A DNA stretch of 51,490 nt. Source: Moniliella sp. 'wahieum'. Its lineage: Eukaryota. This document shows, piece after piece, positions 1-12,052 of this stretch. Every line of letters begins with the position of its first letter. Positions within the stretch are counted from its first letter, which is position 1. The notes under the pieces were generated by a model, which did not search any database, had not been told where the DNA came from, and worked only from the letters and a program-made list of their open reading frames with translations. The stretch covers positions 1-51,490 of the forward strand of contig RSEE01000174.1 in NCBI GenBank assembly GCA_003971905.1, in the 5' to 3' direction. The translations under genes and the position numbers were made by a program.

Positions 1-660
1 GAGAGAGTTATGCCGAGGCGATAGCGAGCTACCCGAAGGGGAGAGAGTTATGCCGAGGCGATAGCGAGCTACCCGAAGGGGAGAGAGTTATGCCGAGGCG
101 ATAGCGAGCTACCGAAGGGGAGAGAGTTATGCCGAGGCGATAGCGAGCTACCGAAGGGGAGAGAGTTATGCCGAGGCGATAGCGAGCTACCCGAAGGGGA
201 GAGAGTTATGCCGAGGCGATAGCGAGCTACCCGAAGGGAGAGAGTTTGCCGAGGCGATAGCGAGCTACCCGAAGGGGAGAGAGTTATGCCGAGGCGATAG
301 CGATACCGAGGGGAGAGAGTTATGCCGAGGCGATAGCGAGCTACCCGAAGGGGAGAGAGTTATGCCGAGGCGATAGCGAGCTACCCGAAGGGAGAGAGTT
401 ATGCCGAGGCGATAGCGAGCTACCCGAGGGGAGAGAGTATGCCGAGGCGATAGCGAGCTACCCGAAGGGAGAGAGTTATGCCGAGGCGATAGCGAGCTAC
501 CCGAAGGGAGAGAGTTATGCCGAGGCGATAGCGAGCTACCCGAAGGGGAGAGAGTTATGCCGAGGCGATTAGCGAGCTACCCGAAGGGGGAGAGAGTTAT
601 GCCGAGGCGATAGCTCGCTACCCGAAGGGGAGAGAGTTATGCCGAGGCGATAGCTCGCTA
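1..660. repeat. Tandem array of a 40-bp unit GAGAGAGTTATGCCGAGGCGATAGCGAGCTACCCGAAGGG, about 17 copies, running off the window start
   Basis: Directly visible. Units start at 1, 41, 81 and so on. Small indels occur mostly in homopolymers. The last two copies read TAGCTCGCTA instead of TAGCGAGCTA. Confidence 0.98.
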
Positions 661-726
661 TAAAATCGTCCGCTCTATGCAGCATATGCCCTCCGTTTTC
701 CCATCCGACGCCCCGTTCAAAAGTTA

Positions 727-793
727 CACCACCCCACCCTAACCCTCACCCCCCTCACCACCCCACCCTAACCCTCACCCCCTCACCCACCAC
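727..793 (+). repeat. C-rich tract with degenerate telomere-like CCCTAA/CCCTCA motifs, itself a ~29-bp tandem duplication
   Basis: caccaccccaccctaaccctcacccccct occurs twice. It has two perfect CCCTAA and several CCCTCA/CCCCAC, with the C-strand on +. Confidence 0.55.
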
Positions 794-889
794 CATGCCT
801 GACAACCCCCCGACACACCAAGACCAGGCGTCGCATCACAGTGAGAGTGGTAGGGTGGATAGCTACAGCCTTGGGCTACTCAAACTAAC

Positions 890-2653
890 TCACTCCGTGG
901 TCTTCCAGTCAAAAGTTGTCTCAACCCTGAATGGGGGGTGGGCATGCCCTTGTAAGTACCCCCTCCAGATTTACCGAGGGATCACAGTCGGGTACTTGTT
1001 CAGGCCTTGTAGTCCCGTAAGCCCCGACTCAACGTCAAAGTTTATGGAGAGAGGAGGATGCGTCCGACGGCGTGTCGGTCAATGCGTGGATGTGCCGATG
1101 AGACGGGTGGAGGTGTTGACGCCAAAAACAAGCACATCCTCATATTGTGTCCAGAGATCCTGCGCTGACTGATTTCCCCCTACCCCAAGGGGAAGGGGGA
1201 AGGGTGAGAGCCAACGCTCCCTCGGTCGAACCCGCATTCACCACATTGAGGGAAAGAGACGAGTTGGAGTAGGTCCCTCACGACGCCGACGATCGAATTG
1301 TTGTACATCAACTGGATGATGTCATCAGTCTCAAGAATATTGAGCTGAAACCCAAACGGTAGACCGAGTTGTGCTGTAAGGCTGTCCGACCAAGCGGTCA
1401 GCTGCCACGGAGATGTTTTGGAAAAGGCGATGCTGAAATCATTAATCGTAATCGACTTGATCGGGTTAATGGGCTTGGTCTGGAGAGGCGCGTTGATTTC
1501 CAAGGCTTTAACCCCCTGAGCGAGCCACGAGATCTGCTCCCCATCCTCCAACGTCGCCGAGACACCTTTGGCTACTATGGGGACGAGGTCGCCATTGATA
1601 TACTTGGTGAACAGATCGCCAATCAGATCGAGCTCGGTCTGGTTAGTGTTATGGGGTAACAGGCGACCGACGAGAAGGATAGTGTTATGCCCCGAGGTGA
1701 CGTTGATCGGGTCTGAAGTGGTGCTAGGCCCAATATAAAGACCTGATAGTACAAATCCAACTCGAGGTACCCTAGCTGCACCGAGAAAGGCGACGGGTTG
1801 ACCAAGGTTGCAAGCGCCTGGAGCGTGATGCGCCCAGAGGGTCGTTCCCTGGCAACTGAAAGTCGAGCAGCTGCACGTCATGAAAATTGTCGAACCCATT
1901 AAACTGGACATGCTTCCGAAACTGGTAGTTCTTGTACGTCGGCAAAACCCAGCACCTCAATATGAGTGTTTTGCACACCAACTTCCACGTAAACCGTGGC
2001 TGAGTAACGAGGAACTCGATAAACATCCTAAAACCATCGCCATCGGTTATAGCGAAGTTGGTCGTCTGAATCACCTTTCCATGGCCGCTAGCAACACTTA
2101 CGCGTCCCAGAGGGAAGGTGCCCAAGTGCAGCTCTTTCATCTCCGGGGGAGCAGTATCCAATAGACATCCAGCGGGGCGCGGAAATAGATCGAGGCAGGG
2201 AAAATGCCGGCCTTGAGGGTCTGTGTGGCAATGCGGTCAGATTACGCCTACTATAGGGCAGAAGAAAACGAATGGGAACCGTAACGTACCCGCCCATATA
2301 ATGAGGGAAAACGAAAGTATTGGTAAGCGAGGTCAAGTTGGCCTGTTCAATATCATTTGGACACATTGAGCGTGTGGTCTCCGATGGCCCAGAAAACAGG
2401 GACAAGAGCGATGGCCAAAGCGACCACGGCAATTGGAGGGAAAAACACGACCAGGCAGAACCGAAGTTTTTGCTGAGGAACTTCTTTTGGTAAGGTGACC
2501 ACGCGCAGCCAAGTAACCAATCGGTTCTCCGACACGATACATTTTTGTCTCGGTAGTGGGGGGCGTGAGCGGAGCGGCCGGATGACGACGGCGTAGGAGC
2601 GGCGATGCGTCCTCATGCGCTGTCGCGCGAGCGATCTCTGACTCATATGGCAT
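890..2653 (-). CDS. DUF3712/Tag1-like type II membrane protein, frameshifted and possibly C-terminally truncated
   Basis: ATG at 2653 (MPYESE). TM segment CLVVFFPPIAVVALAIALVPVFWAIG, then family-typical segments FIEFLVTQPRFTWKL, DVQLLDFQLPGNDP, LFTKYING, WLAQGVKALEI, LGLPFGFQLNI and INFDVESGLTGLQGL. Intron GTACGT..CTGAC..CACAG at about 2289-2222. Confidence 0.75.
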
Positions 2654-5038
2654 TGTGTTTGCCAAAAATGCGGTCACAGCGTCGCAGGTGGCGATGGATG
2701 CCTCTGATGACCAGCGCCTAGCGGTAAGCAATGTACGGTGCTCAAGCCTGGCAGCTGGATCCGAAAAGCAAGGAAGAGAAGGCTCGATGACGGGATGGAG
2801 TTGCTAGGAGCCTGTGGTGCTGGCCTGTTGAGATGTGGGATGGAGTGTGGTATCGACACACACAGTAATCCGGATTGCGAGGCATTTTTCTTCCGTCTCT
2901 ATCCCGTAGTGCCATGATCGACATGATCTGATCAACCTCCCTCGGGCTCCTTCGGCTGTGTCCCAAAGGGGTCTTCTGGGCAAGTCATATAATGGTTAAG
3001 CTCAAAACCAATCCCCCAAGTCGCAACCGTTGACAGGGGGTCTGATTCACGCGCTGACTTACATATTATGGGAGTGCGAGGCGAGACGCACCGGCAGAAT
3101 AAACGTTAAACGTGTTAAACGTTAAACGTTGATGCATGATGCATGATGGCTGCGTCCGAGCAGCGCAGCAGCGCACTCGTGATGTGGAATGGTACCGGCA
3201 CGGCGCTGCTCTGCGCCGCCCTTTCTGAGACATCACTCACGTCTCGTGCCCTTCCCGCCGGCACTATCAGTATACGCCACAACCTCTTCGTCCTGCCCTC
3301 AGGCAGGCCTCGTACACCATGCCCCAACGTGATGCATGTACATACTGTGCCTTCGTACTATCAACGTTCAACAAAGACTCTGTTGTGACGATGTGACGAT
3401 GCACGAGAACGGGGGCGGCCGAGCATCGGTACCTATATGTTACAGCACACGCATGGAAGCATCTCACACTGGTGCCGTAGTTGCTGGGGGGGTATATAGG
3501 GTCACATGTCACAGGCCTGTCATCCTCGTGGCGAGGGACATGCAGCGCAGGCTGGATAGCCTCTTTTTAGTGGTTGCAGCAGACTGTTGTCGGGACACCC
3601 AATAAAAAAGAAGGCCAAGCGACCGAGCGGAGAAGCAAGAGCCAACAGGCGAGTGTATACTAGTAGATGATTGATCTGTCTTCGAAGCAATGCACCGTTG
3701 CCCTTCTCGGCCGTCGTCAGTGGTTGGCGCTTGGTGTTACATGTTACATGTTACGAGCGGCGGCGGATCCGAGAGGGTCCGATCAAGATAAGGCCCGCCT
3801 GCTCTGCACATGCCCAGTAAAGCGTACTCTGCAGTCCAACCAAGTGTATTGATGGTTGGTTAAATTAGGTACGGTGGCACGAGGCGCATCCGCGCGACAA
3901 TAGTCGCCCCCGCCCATGTCCCAAGTCAGATGACCCAAATAAAAGGCCACCACGCTTCCTGTATCTTTGCGATTCGATGACTGTCGCCTCCGCTTCAGCG
4001 TCCTTTTCCTCTCTCAGTCGCACCTGCGGCGACCAACCCCTGTTTTGATGTGTCTTCCGTTCAACACCCCTTCTTGCTTCCGTTTCCCTTTCTTTTCATC
4101 TAGCCATCCCCGGGATGGTTGAAGGGGATCCTTTGCTCACCATCAATATTCACCCTCGTCCTCTCCGGCCTATCCTGTCCAACCCCTTCCCGTTTCCCAG
4201 CCAATTGATCAAATCAGTACAATTGCAGCCTCCTCTCCTCTTCGCTCCCATCACCTCTTCCGACCTTATCCTCCAGCTCTCCTTCCTTCCAGTCGCTCGA
4301 GCCCCCCTTCAGCTGCATCGATTCCCAGTCTCTGTCCGGTCTCAGTTTAGGCGGTATTTGCCCGCCAATTGTCCTCCCGTCCCTAAGTCCCGGAGGGTTA
4401 GACACATTCCTAACGCAGCCTTGCCACACGTGCACCGGCCCCACCATCGGCCGCTCCGCGTCCCTAGCTCCGCTCGGATCCACGAACATGCCCAAGCTCG
4501 AAACTGCCGTGAGTCGTCCTTCCGTCTCTAGGGAATGTATCTCACAACGCTGGGTGAGCCCCCTGGGGGGCCCGGCCGTGTTTGTTCGAACCAACAGCGT
4601 CGGCGCACCATTCGAGCTGGGTGGATCTGAGGATGAGTGGTGGCTCATCGTTCCCCAGGCAGTCCTCTTTCAGACGCGCACAGGTAGAGGGCAAGGCGGT
4701 GCACAGTGATGGAGAACGTGCGTGTGACGCTGGACGAGTTGGTGGTGGTAGCGGTTTGGTCTATTCGGTGGCGGCCGAGCCAATGAGACGGTGCAGCCCA
4801 CGCATGCATCGGTGCAAGTAATAAATAAAAGTTTAAACGTTTCAGCCAGCGGCGGTTGTTGCGCTGGCCTGGCGACGGATAACCGGTTACGGTAACCGGT
4901 AACCCCCATCCCAACCTGCCTGGCTCTGCCCAAGATCTGTTGTCTCGATTCTCAGCCTCCATTTCCCCTTCGGGTGCCTTCCCGCGCCTCACCTGCCATC
5001 CCCCGGCCCTCCACTGACCCTCTCTTCTGTGCCTTAAC

Positions 5039-5080
5039 ATCCCATCCCATCCCATCCCATCCCATCCCATCCCATCCCAT
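5039..5080. repeat. (ATCCC)n microsatellite, about 8 copies
   Basis: Directly visible immediately before the ATG at 5085. Confidence 0.97.
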
Positions 5081-5084
5081 TCCA

Positions 5085-6769
5085 ATGCCGCCCTTCCTCA
5101 TTCTGACCTGGTCTTGCAACAGCCGCTTGCCCCTCACCGCGTCGCTCTCCCCTATCATTACCCCCATCTCAACGCTCATCACGGTCATTCCGAGTTGCCC
5201 GTGTGCAAGTACAACATGGTGCTCTGTCTGATTTTTGCGTCCACGCTTGCGCACGCCGATGACAAATGTTGGTTCAACCTTGTGTCAGGCGTCTCCAAGC
5301 TTGTGCGGCCATGTCCAAGCATGCGCCCGCCATTTCCAAGTCTGTCCTTTCCATGTGCTTGTGTCTTTTTCACCAACCGCAACGTAGCGGCCTGCTTTCC
5401 CTATAGCATTCTCAAAGTGAATTGGTACCCACCGCTGAACACCACATATATGCATATCAACCCCTTGCCCCAAGACATACATCTAGATCTCCCCCAATTT
5501 GATTCGCCCGACCCACCCCAGGGCTACTTTTCTGCCACAAGCGTCATGACCTGGGCGTTTGCCTATGCCCTGCACCGCCTTGCTCGTGCACACCCGCTTT
5601 TCTATGCCGGCGACCTACGCCGCTGGTGGAAAGTGTCCAATGTGGCTGATTCGCATGACCCCCACGCCCGCCAACTCGCCCGCTACCGGCTGTTCCCACG
5701 TGGTACCTGTGCTTGCTACTGGTTGTCTTTGCCTTGCCATCCCCATGGTGCACGTGTACCACACCTCGGTACCGGTTTGGTCCATTGTGCTTGCCCTCGC
5801 GCTGGCTGCAATCTTCATTGTTCCAGTGGGCATTGTGGCGGGCCGGACGTCGGTGGAGTTGACGTGTGTGGAGCACTTGGCGACGTTGATTGCTAGTGCT
5901 TCGCTGCCTGGGCACACGACCATCCTTCCGCTCTTTCAGCTATGCTGCGCGGGGACCATCCAACAGGCGATGCTTACTGTGGCTGCTCCAAACTGGCAGT
6001 CTACTTTAAGATCCCACCACGGCTTACTTTCTATGTAATTGTGTGCTCCCAGTTGATATGCTCGGTGTTGCAGTGTGGAATCTGGGTAGGTTGGAGTTCC
6101 GATTCGCTGACGATCACTGAGGAAGCCAAACCGAGGGTTGTATGGTTGTACGATCCCGTATATTGGACTGGCGTTGGGCTTCACAAGAACGGCTTCCTGC
6201 ACCAATACAAGTGGACTCTGTACTTTTTTCTTATTGGCACAGTCGCCCCACTGCTCTTGTACCTTGCCGGACGCATGGCCCCTCACTTGAATCACTTGGT
6301 CACCTCCGCTCGATCCATTGGCCGCTCTTCTTTGGGGGTGTATCGCAAGCCACAATTTTTGCTGCGGTTTGCTGGACCGCCTGGTTTTTCTGGGGGGCTG
6401 TCACTCACCTACTTTTCTCCGTCGTCGGCACTTGAATTATGGATTGCGTACGCCCACTACTCTCTTCCTTTTGTATTGTTCCAAGGATGAATGTGGCTAA
6501 CGCTCTTCTCTAACAAAATCTCTGGATTGGTTGTTGACAGGATGAATTACATTCTTTCTGCCGCCGCTTCTGTGGGATGTTCGCTTTGTGCAGCCATCAT
6601 CACTGCCATGGAGTATCCTACAGAGGGTACTGACACCCGCTTTACCCGCTTCCTCAATCACTTCAGCAAACTTGGGCCCCAGAACGACTACGGAGATACC
6701 AAGGAAAAAGTTCTGGTCTGGCACGACACGTTTTTTCCCAACAGGAACGCGCCTTCCACCACGTCTTAG
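5085..6769 (+). CDS. OPT-family oligopeptide transporter; only the C-terminal half is recognisable (divergent or partial)
   Basis: Stitched motifs DPHARQLARYRLFP(W)WY, VPVWSIVLALALAAIFIVPVGIVAG, LIASASLPGH, KLAVYFKIPPRLTF and NYILSAA match OPT signatures (DIHARLM, KLGHYMKIPPR, NYVLSAALD). Confidence 0.8.
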
Positions 6770-7384
6770 TTGTCCCTATGCAAATTCAGCCGGAGTCTGT
6801 CGACAGATCTCAGCGTCAACGACGTAATCCTTTCCCCCCTGCCTTTTTTCTACCTGCCCGTCAAATCACGATGGCGTCAGAGGTGTCCAGCCAGACCCCC
6901 TGGTCCTGCCTCTTTCCACACACACCCCACCACCATCCCTCGCCACCGTTCCACCATAGTAAGTGCAACAGGTCCAGGCAATGCTCGTGCGAGCACCTCT
7001 CGCGGACCCAGCAGTATCGCAGGTCCAGTTCACACCCGCACGTGAACAACAAGCTAATAGGTTGTCAGGCAGCCGAAATGGACGAGCTGTACGTGGACGA
7101 ACCCCCCCCCCGCACCAATCTGGCATCGCCCCCCGCCTGCATCCTGACGGTCCCTGAGAGACACGGCATATCACGGTGAAAGCGCGCAGGCAAATGATCC
7201 AGAAAAGATGTCGGTCAAGATCCCACAAACGACGCACAAAGTCACGCCAGTGCCACCGGGTAAGAATTGTCGAATCCATTAGCATGTCGGCTTGACTGCA
7301 CGTTTTGCTGATGGTGGTCAAGAGTCCACCGCTCTCGGCGCCTCCCCCACTAGATCCACCATCAACAGTGCCTTATCCAACATC

Positions 7385-7660
7385 ATCCAGAGGCGGGCAA
7401 CGCTCAGCATAAGCTATTTGAATGATGAGGTGCGTTGAGCCAAACCTCTAAACCAACTACTAACAAATAACACATCGTTCAGATCCCGGAGAGCATGCAC
7501 GCATCCGCGCAACAGGCAACGAAACGATCCAGAGGGGGTAACGCTCAACAAAGCCTATTTGAATGAGGTGCGTTAACCCAAACCCCTAAACATCTACTAA
7601 CAAATAACACGTCGTTCAATTGCTAGAGAGCATGCACCGTATCGATCGAGGCAACGGAAG
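7385..7660 (+). repeat. ~142-bp tandem duplication, each copy containing an intron-like segment
   Basis: Copies start at 7385 and 7527 (atccagagg..aacgctca..ctatttgaatga). Each has GTGCGT, CTACTAAC and a 3' AG (7430-7482 and 7568-7626). Confidence 0.85.
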
Positions 7661-8588
7661 GCGCCAATTGCAGCCTTTCAGGCTGATTTCGTGCGTCATA
7701 AGTTTCCAGTCTACTTTCGCATCCTTTCTCACCAAAAGAGTTCACTGTCGCCAATAAGGAGCGCATCCGAATCCTAGTACGTACTGGCCCCGCCTTTTCA
7801 CGCGTTGCTCTCCTCGCAATATGGCCACAATAACTCACTTCACTGATTCGCATCAAAAGCGCTTCTGTTGCTTCACACCGAACGACATTGACTTCCGGAT
7901 GGAAATGGGACGTGTGTCTTACAACATCACAACTTACCCATCTGCCCTGTGCACCCTCTTGCTCTACCGGAATCTGAACGACAGCAAGCGCTGCAATGAC
8001 ATTTCAGTGCCATCACTGTCTCTTTGTCCGATCATAAGTACGTCGCCACCCCGTTGTCGTCCAGCAGGTCATCTGACTTTTTTCGCTCATCTCGCCTCGC
8101 AAGCTATCTACTGGACTGGACGAGTGCATGGGAGAATTTCGAGGACATTGCGGACACGCATCTCTCTGCAAGGTAACCCTGAAATTTGTATTACCGCCTG
8201 GTGTGCGACCCGTGCACAACTCACCCACCTCCGTCACATCGCAGTAACCCGGGCACAAATAACAGATGAGGAGGATGCACGGGACAACGAAGGCACTGCA
8301 GTCAACCTCTTTGACACAGAGGGCACAGATGGGCGGGACGACGACCGCACAGACGACTTTGAGACTGAAGAGTGATTTGGCGCATATACATTCTAAAGAC
8401 TTCTCAATGGTAAGCCCCCAAGTCCATATTGACGTCGCAATGCAAAAAAGTACCCTCGAAGACGATTGCACAGCATTCGATGGTGCTAGAATGAGTAGTA
8501 GTATAAAATGTAATAACCCAGGGAGAGCGAGCATAGGAGGATCAGATTCGTCAGATACGTCGCCCCCATGGACACGTCAACGACGCTT

Positions 8589-8680
8589 CTGACGTTCAAG
8601 GGGGTGACGTCGGCGACATATCTGACGTTCAAGGGGATGACGTCGAGGACGTATCTGACCTGCAGGAGGGTGACGTCGCA
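8589..8680. repeat. 33-bp tandem repeat, about 3 copies, rich in TGACGT motifs
   Basis: ctgacgttcaagggggtgacgtcggcgacatat / ctgacgttcaaggggatgacgtcgaggacgtat / ctgacctgcaggagggtgacgtcg. Confidence 0.85.
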
Positions 8681-9005
8681 GGCGAAGCTGCCAAGCGTTG
8701 CGGCACAATTTCATCCGATGGCACGTCCTCGTGTCACATGTCACATGCCACATGTCGTCATGCATCATGCATCATGCATCATGCATCATGCATCATGCAT
8801 CATGGGCTTAGTTGAGACAAGAAGCCACACTCTTTGTGTTGTAAAAATAGAGATCATGCACATCATGTCGTAACCGTCCTGTAACAGCACACAGCACTGC
8901 GACATGTGCCTAGCGCGTAGCACCAGTCATTCCAAGTACAAATACACCACGATTTCCACTACCAAGTGTCCATCTCTCCCCCCCTGTACCAGCATAAGCA
9001 CACTG

Positions 9006-10414
9006 ATGTCCATCTCTTCTGCTCGGCTCTCCACTTCCCTAATCCACATCGACAATCCTGCTCACGCGCCTCACCCACCTCATGGACCCAGTGTGGGCGC
9101 CCCGGTGGCCCGCCTCTTGTCACCTCCACCACTTCGCGCACCGCACCCATCCACCGAGCTGGGTGCGCGCCTGGCGTACGAGGACGTGGACTGGCACGGC
9201 GCGAGATCGACGTGTACTCGCGGTACGACAATGAAACGCGTCACCGAGCCGAGCAAGTGCTGGGGCGGCTGCACGGCCCCGACAGCCATGCTCTTCTCTA
9301 CGCTTCGGGGCTCGCATCTGTCAAGCTGCCATCGCCCATTTCAGTCCCTCTGTGGTGGCCATTCGCAAGGGATACCCTGGTGTGCATGGTGCACTAAAGA
9401 TCTACGCTGGGCCTGCCCCTCCCTGAGCGTCATCGATCCTCGATAGTCCATACCCCACTGTTTCCGACGACCAAACTGGTCCCATCCCAGGCACTGACAG
9501 TTCCGTGGTGGCCTGCTCGTCTGGGTTGAGACGCCGCTCAACCCCACAGGGGAGGCACGCGACATCCAGGGCTACGCGAATAAGGTTCGTTTATCCCTGT
9601 CCATTTCACCCCGCGTCGCGTTCTTTGTACTACTGAGGCTTTCTCTGTGGACTGACATTTGCAACGCACTATGCCGGGGTTTTCAGGCTCACAAGGCAGG
9701 AGGCTATTGTCGTTGATTCCACCTTTGCACCACCTCCCTTGCAGAACCCTTTTGCGCAGGACGCTGATATGGTGATGCACAGTGCATCAAAGTACTTGGG
9801 CGGTCACTCGGACTGTCTGATTGGCGCCCTCGTAACCCGCTCTCAACCCGTCTGGAACGCTCTCTTTGAAGACCGAATCGACATGGGTGGTGTGCCGGGG
9901 AACCTCGAATCCTACCTGCTCTTGCGCTCGTTGCGTACACTCCCTGTCCGACTACGGCAACAGGCCGCATCGGCACAAGAGTTGGCCCAGTGGTTGTATT
10001 CTCTCACCCCACAAGGTGCGAGCAAGCTGGCTACTGAGGACAAAGCTCTGGGCCATGGCAAGGTCGTGGATTGGGTGTTCCATGCTTCGCTCCAGCCCTG
10101 GACGGAGACCACGACGCCCTTTGGCCGCCCGCTTGAATCCCTGGGTTTGACCCTTCTCAAGGCCAGATCCAAGCTGGCCATTCGCCTGCTTCTCCATCCA
10201 CTGCACCAAGCGCAGCGTGGCTGATAACCTCGCATTTACCACCGAATTCTTCACCCCTGCCACATCGCTGGGCGGCGTGGAGTCGCTGATGGAACAACGC
10301 GTCGTTGTCAACCCCAGCGAAGACTGGGGGGTGGTACGTGTGTCGGTCGGGCTAGAGGCCGTGGAGGACCTCAAGGAAGACTTGCGCAAATCTTTCCTCA
10401 AGTTGCTCCAGTGA
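9006..10414 (+). CDS. Cys/Met metabolism PLP-dependent enzyme (cystathionine gamma-synthase/lyase-like)
   Basis: Motifs VYSRY, LLYASGLAS, VWVETPLNPTG, VVDSTFAPPPLQNPF, PLP-lysine motif MHSASKYLGGHSD, LLLRSLRTL, ATSLGGVESLMEQR and VRVSVGLEAVEDLKEDL. Intron 9585-9686. Confidence 0.93.
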
Positions 10415-12052
10415 GGGCCTCTCAGCACACCCCCGGTCTGCATTGCGCAAGCATCGAGAGGAGTGGAGTCCCAATAGTCTTGCAAGGTCGAGACTATTAG
10501 TGAAAAATGAACACCGCTTTGAACCCATCTATATTTTGCGTTTGAGCATTGAGATTAAGAAGGGGCCTGGAGCATTTGGAGGATCAGGCATGGAGGTGGG
10601 CCACACGCTGCGGGACTCAGGCACGAACGAGGCGAAGGCCGCGTACCGGAAGGGGTGCACGAAGAACCGCAACGCTTTTGGAACCTGGGATAAGGAGCTG
10701 CTTCATCAACAGCTGCTGGGAAGAAGCAGAGTGCGACAAGAACGCCAAGTACCAAAGAGGCAACCAAGAACCGTTTTTCCTTGGTTATGATGAAGCGTGG
10801 GTACTTTGCCACCAAGACGGCGAGCAAGATATTCGCCGTGTAGGAAAGGGAGGTGAACTCCAGCATGGCACGTCAGGCAGGGGCGATGAGTAATTGCCAG
10901 CCTGAAATTGGTTTCAATCACTTACGTCTAGGGCTGTTGAGCATTTCCATCCTTCCCGCCACTTCGTTCCCACGCCGTTTCTCTTAACTGGGAGTCAAGC
11001 GGGTTTGTCGCTCTGCATTGCCTCAACCCCTCCAACAACAATGTCTTCCCTTCTCAATTGCATCATCCCAGGCGGTTTGTGTGCGAGCAAAGGGCACAAG
11101 ATGGGCGACACCCGGACATGCCGAACGTCAGCTTACTCATCGGCTGAACGCATAATATACAGTGCTTGGAGTAAGTCCCCACTACTACCTCGCTTGTATA
11201 TTATGTCACTAGATTATACCCATATGAAGACAGGATGCGCTTTATGGGATGCACGGCTGTCCTATCTATTACGTTGCGAAACCACAGCCTTGAAAACAGG
11301 TTAGGCGACTACGCCGGACAATAGGTCGGGATCAGACCAACTTGGTCACCGTTTGATCACCAAGTTACTAGCTGGTCCCTGTCTTGTTCTAGACCCTGTT
11401 CTCCTCCTTTGGCAAAATGCTCCCCATCTTCCTCCGTGTGGCTCAGCACTCAGCTCGCATGCTCTTTCTTATCCAAGGCATACACTCGATGAATATGTTC
11501 CTCATCCTTTCCCCCATCTCCATCACCTGTTGTTACAATCACTGTCGTTTGACAATGATGCTCCCTCGGCAATGCGAGCGGTCCCCACTATTCGAGCACT
11601 AGTTCACGGTGATAGTCTGTCAACAAACAGCGACCGGGGGCAGGAGGTGCGGCCCGCGCCGCATCCCCGACCACCTACATAACCATTGCCAAGATTTGGT
11701 TGAGTGAGTTGAGTGCATGAGCATTTTGCTGCGGTGCCTCATTTCCACACGAGACAAGTATCGGTCGCGTAGATCGCGTAGATCGCGAGGTATTAGTATT
11801 AGGGCCGCTCGCTTTTCCCTCTTCATCTTGATGGATCGACTGCCGGATAATCTTAGAGATGGCAGTGGAATGGTCTGCACAGGTGGGAACGCCGCCTTGG
11901 AAAGTGGTCGAGAGGATATGGGCAACGGTGCTTTGCCATTTAGTCCTCCATCCTCGCTGCCAACAAAGCGGCTTAACTGTACTTCGGTTGGTGCTGTACT
12001 CAACGGCGTCACGTGATGCGTCAGGGGCCTGATTAAATTAGTGGATGCGTCC

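Noticed and set aside
1..660. CRISPR array
   Set aside because: The repeats are directly adjacent with no unique spacers, there are no cas genes, and the context is eukaryotic.
1..660. Canonical telomerase-made telomere
   Set aside because: The G-rich strand points inward and the 40-bp unit has no TTAGGG-like core. Kept only as a non-canonical candidate.
10555..10950. Small minus-strand hydrophobic ORF
   Set aside because: Two hydrophobic stretches but no recognisable family or supporting splice signals.
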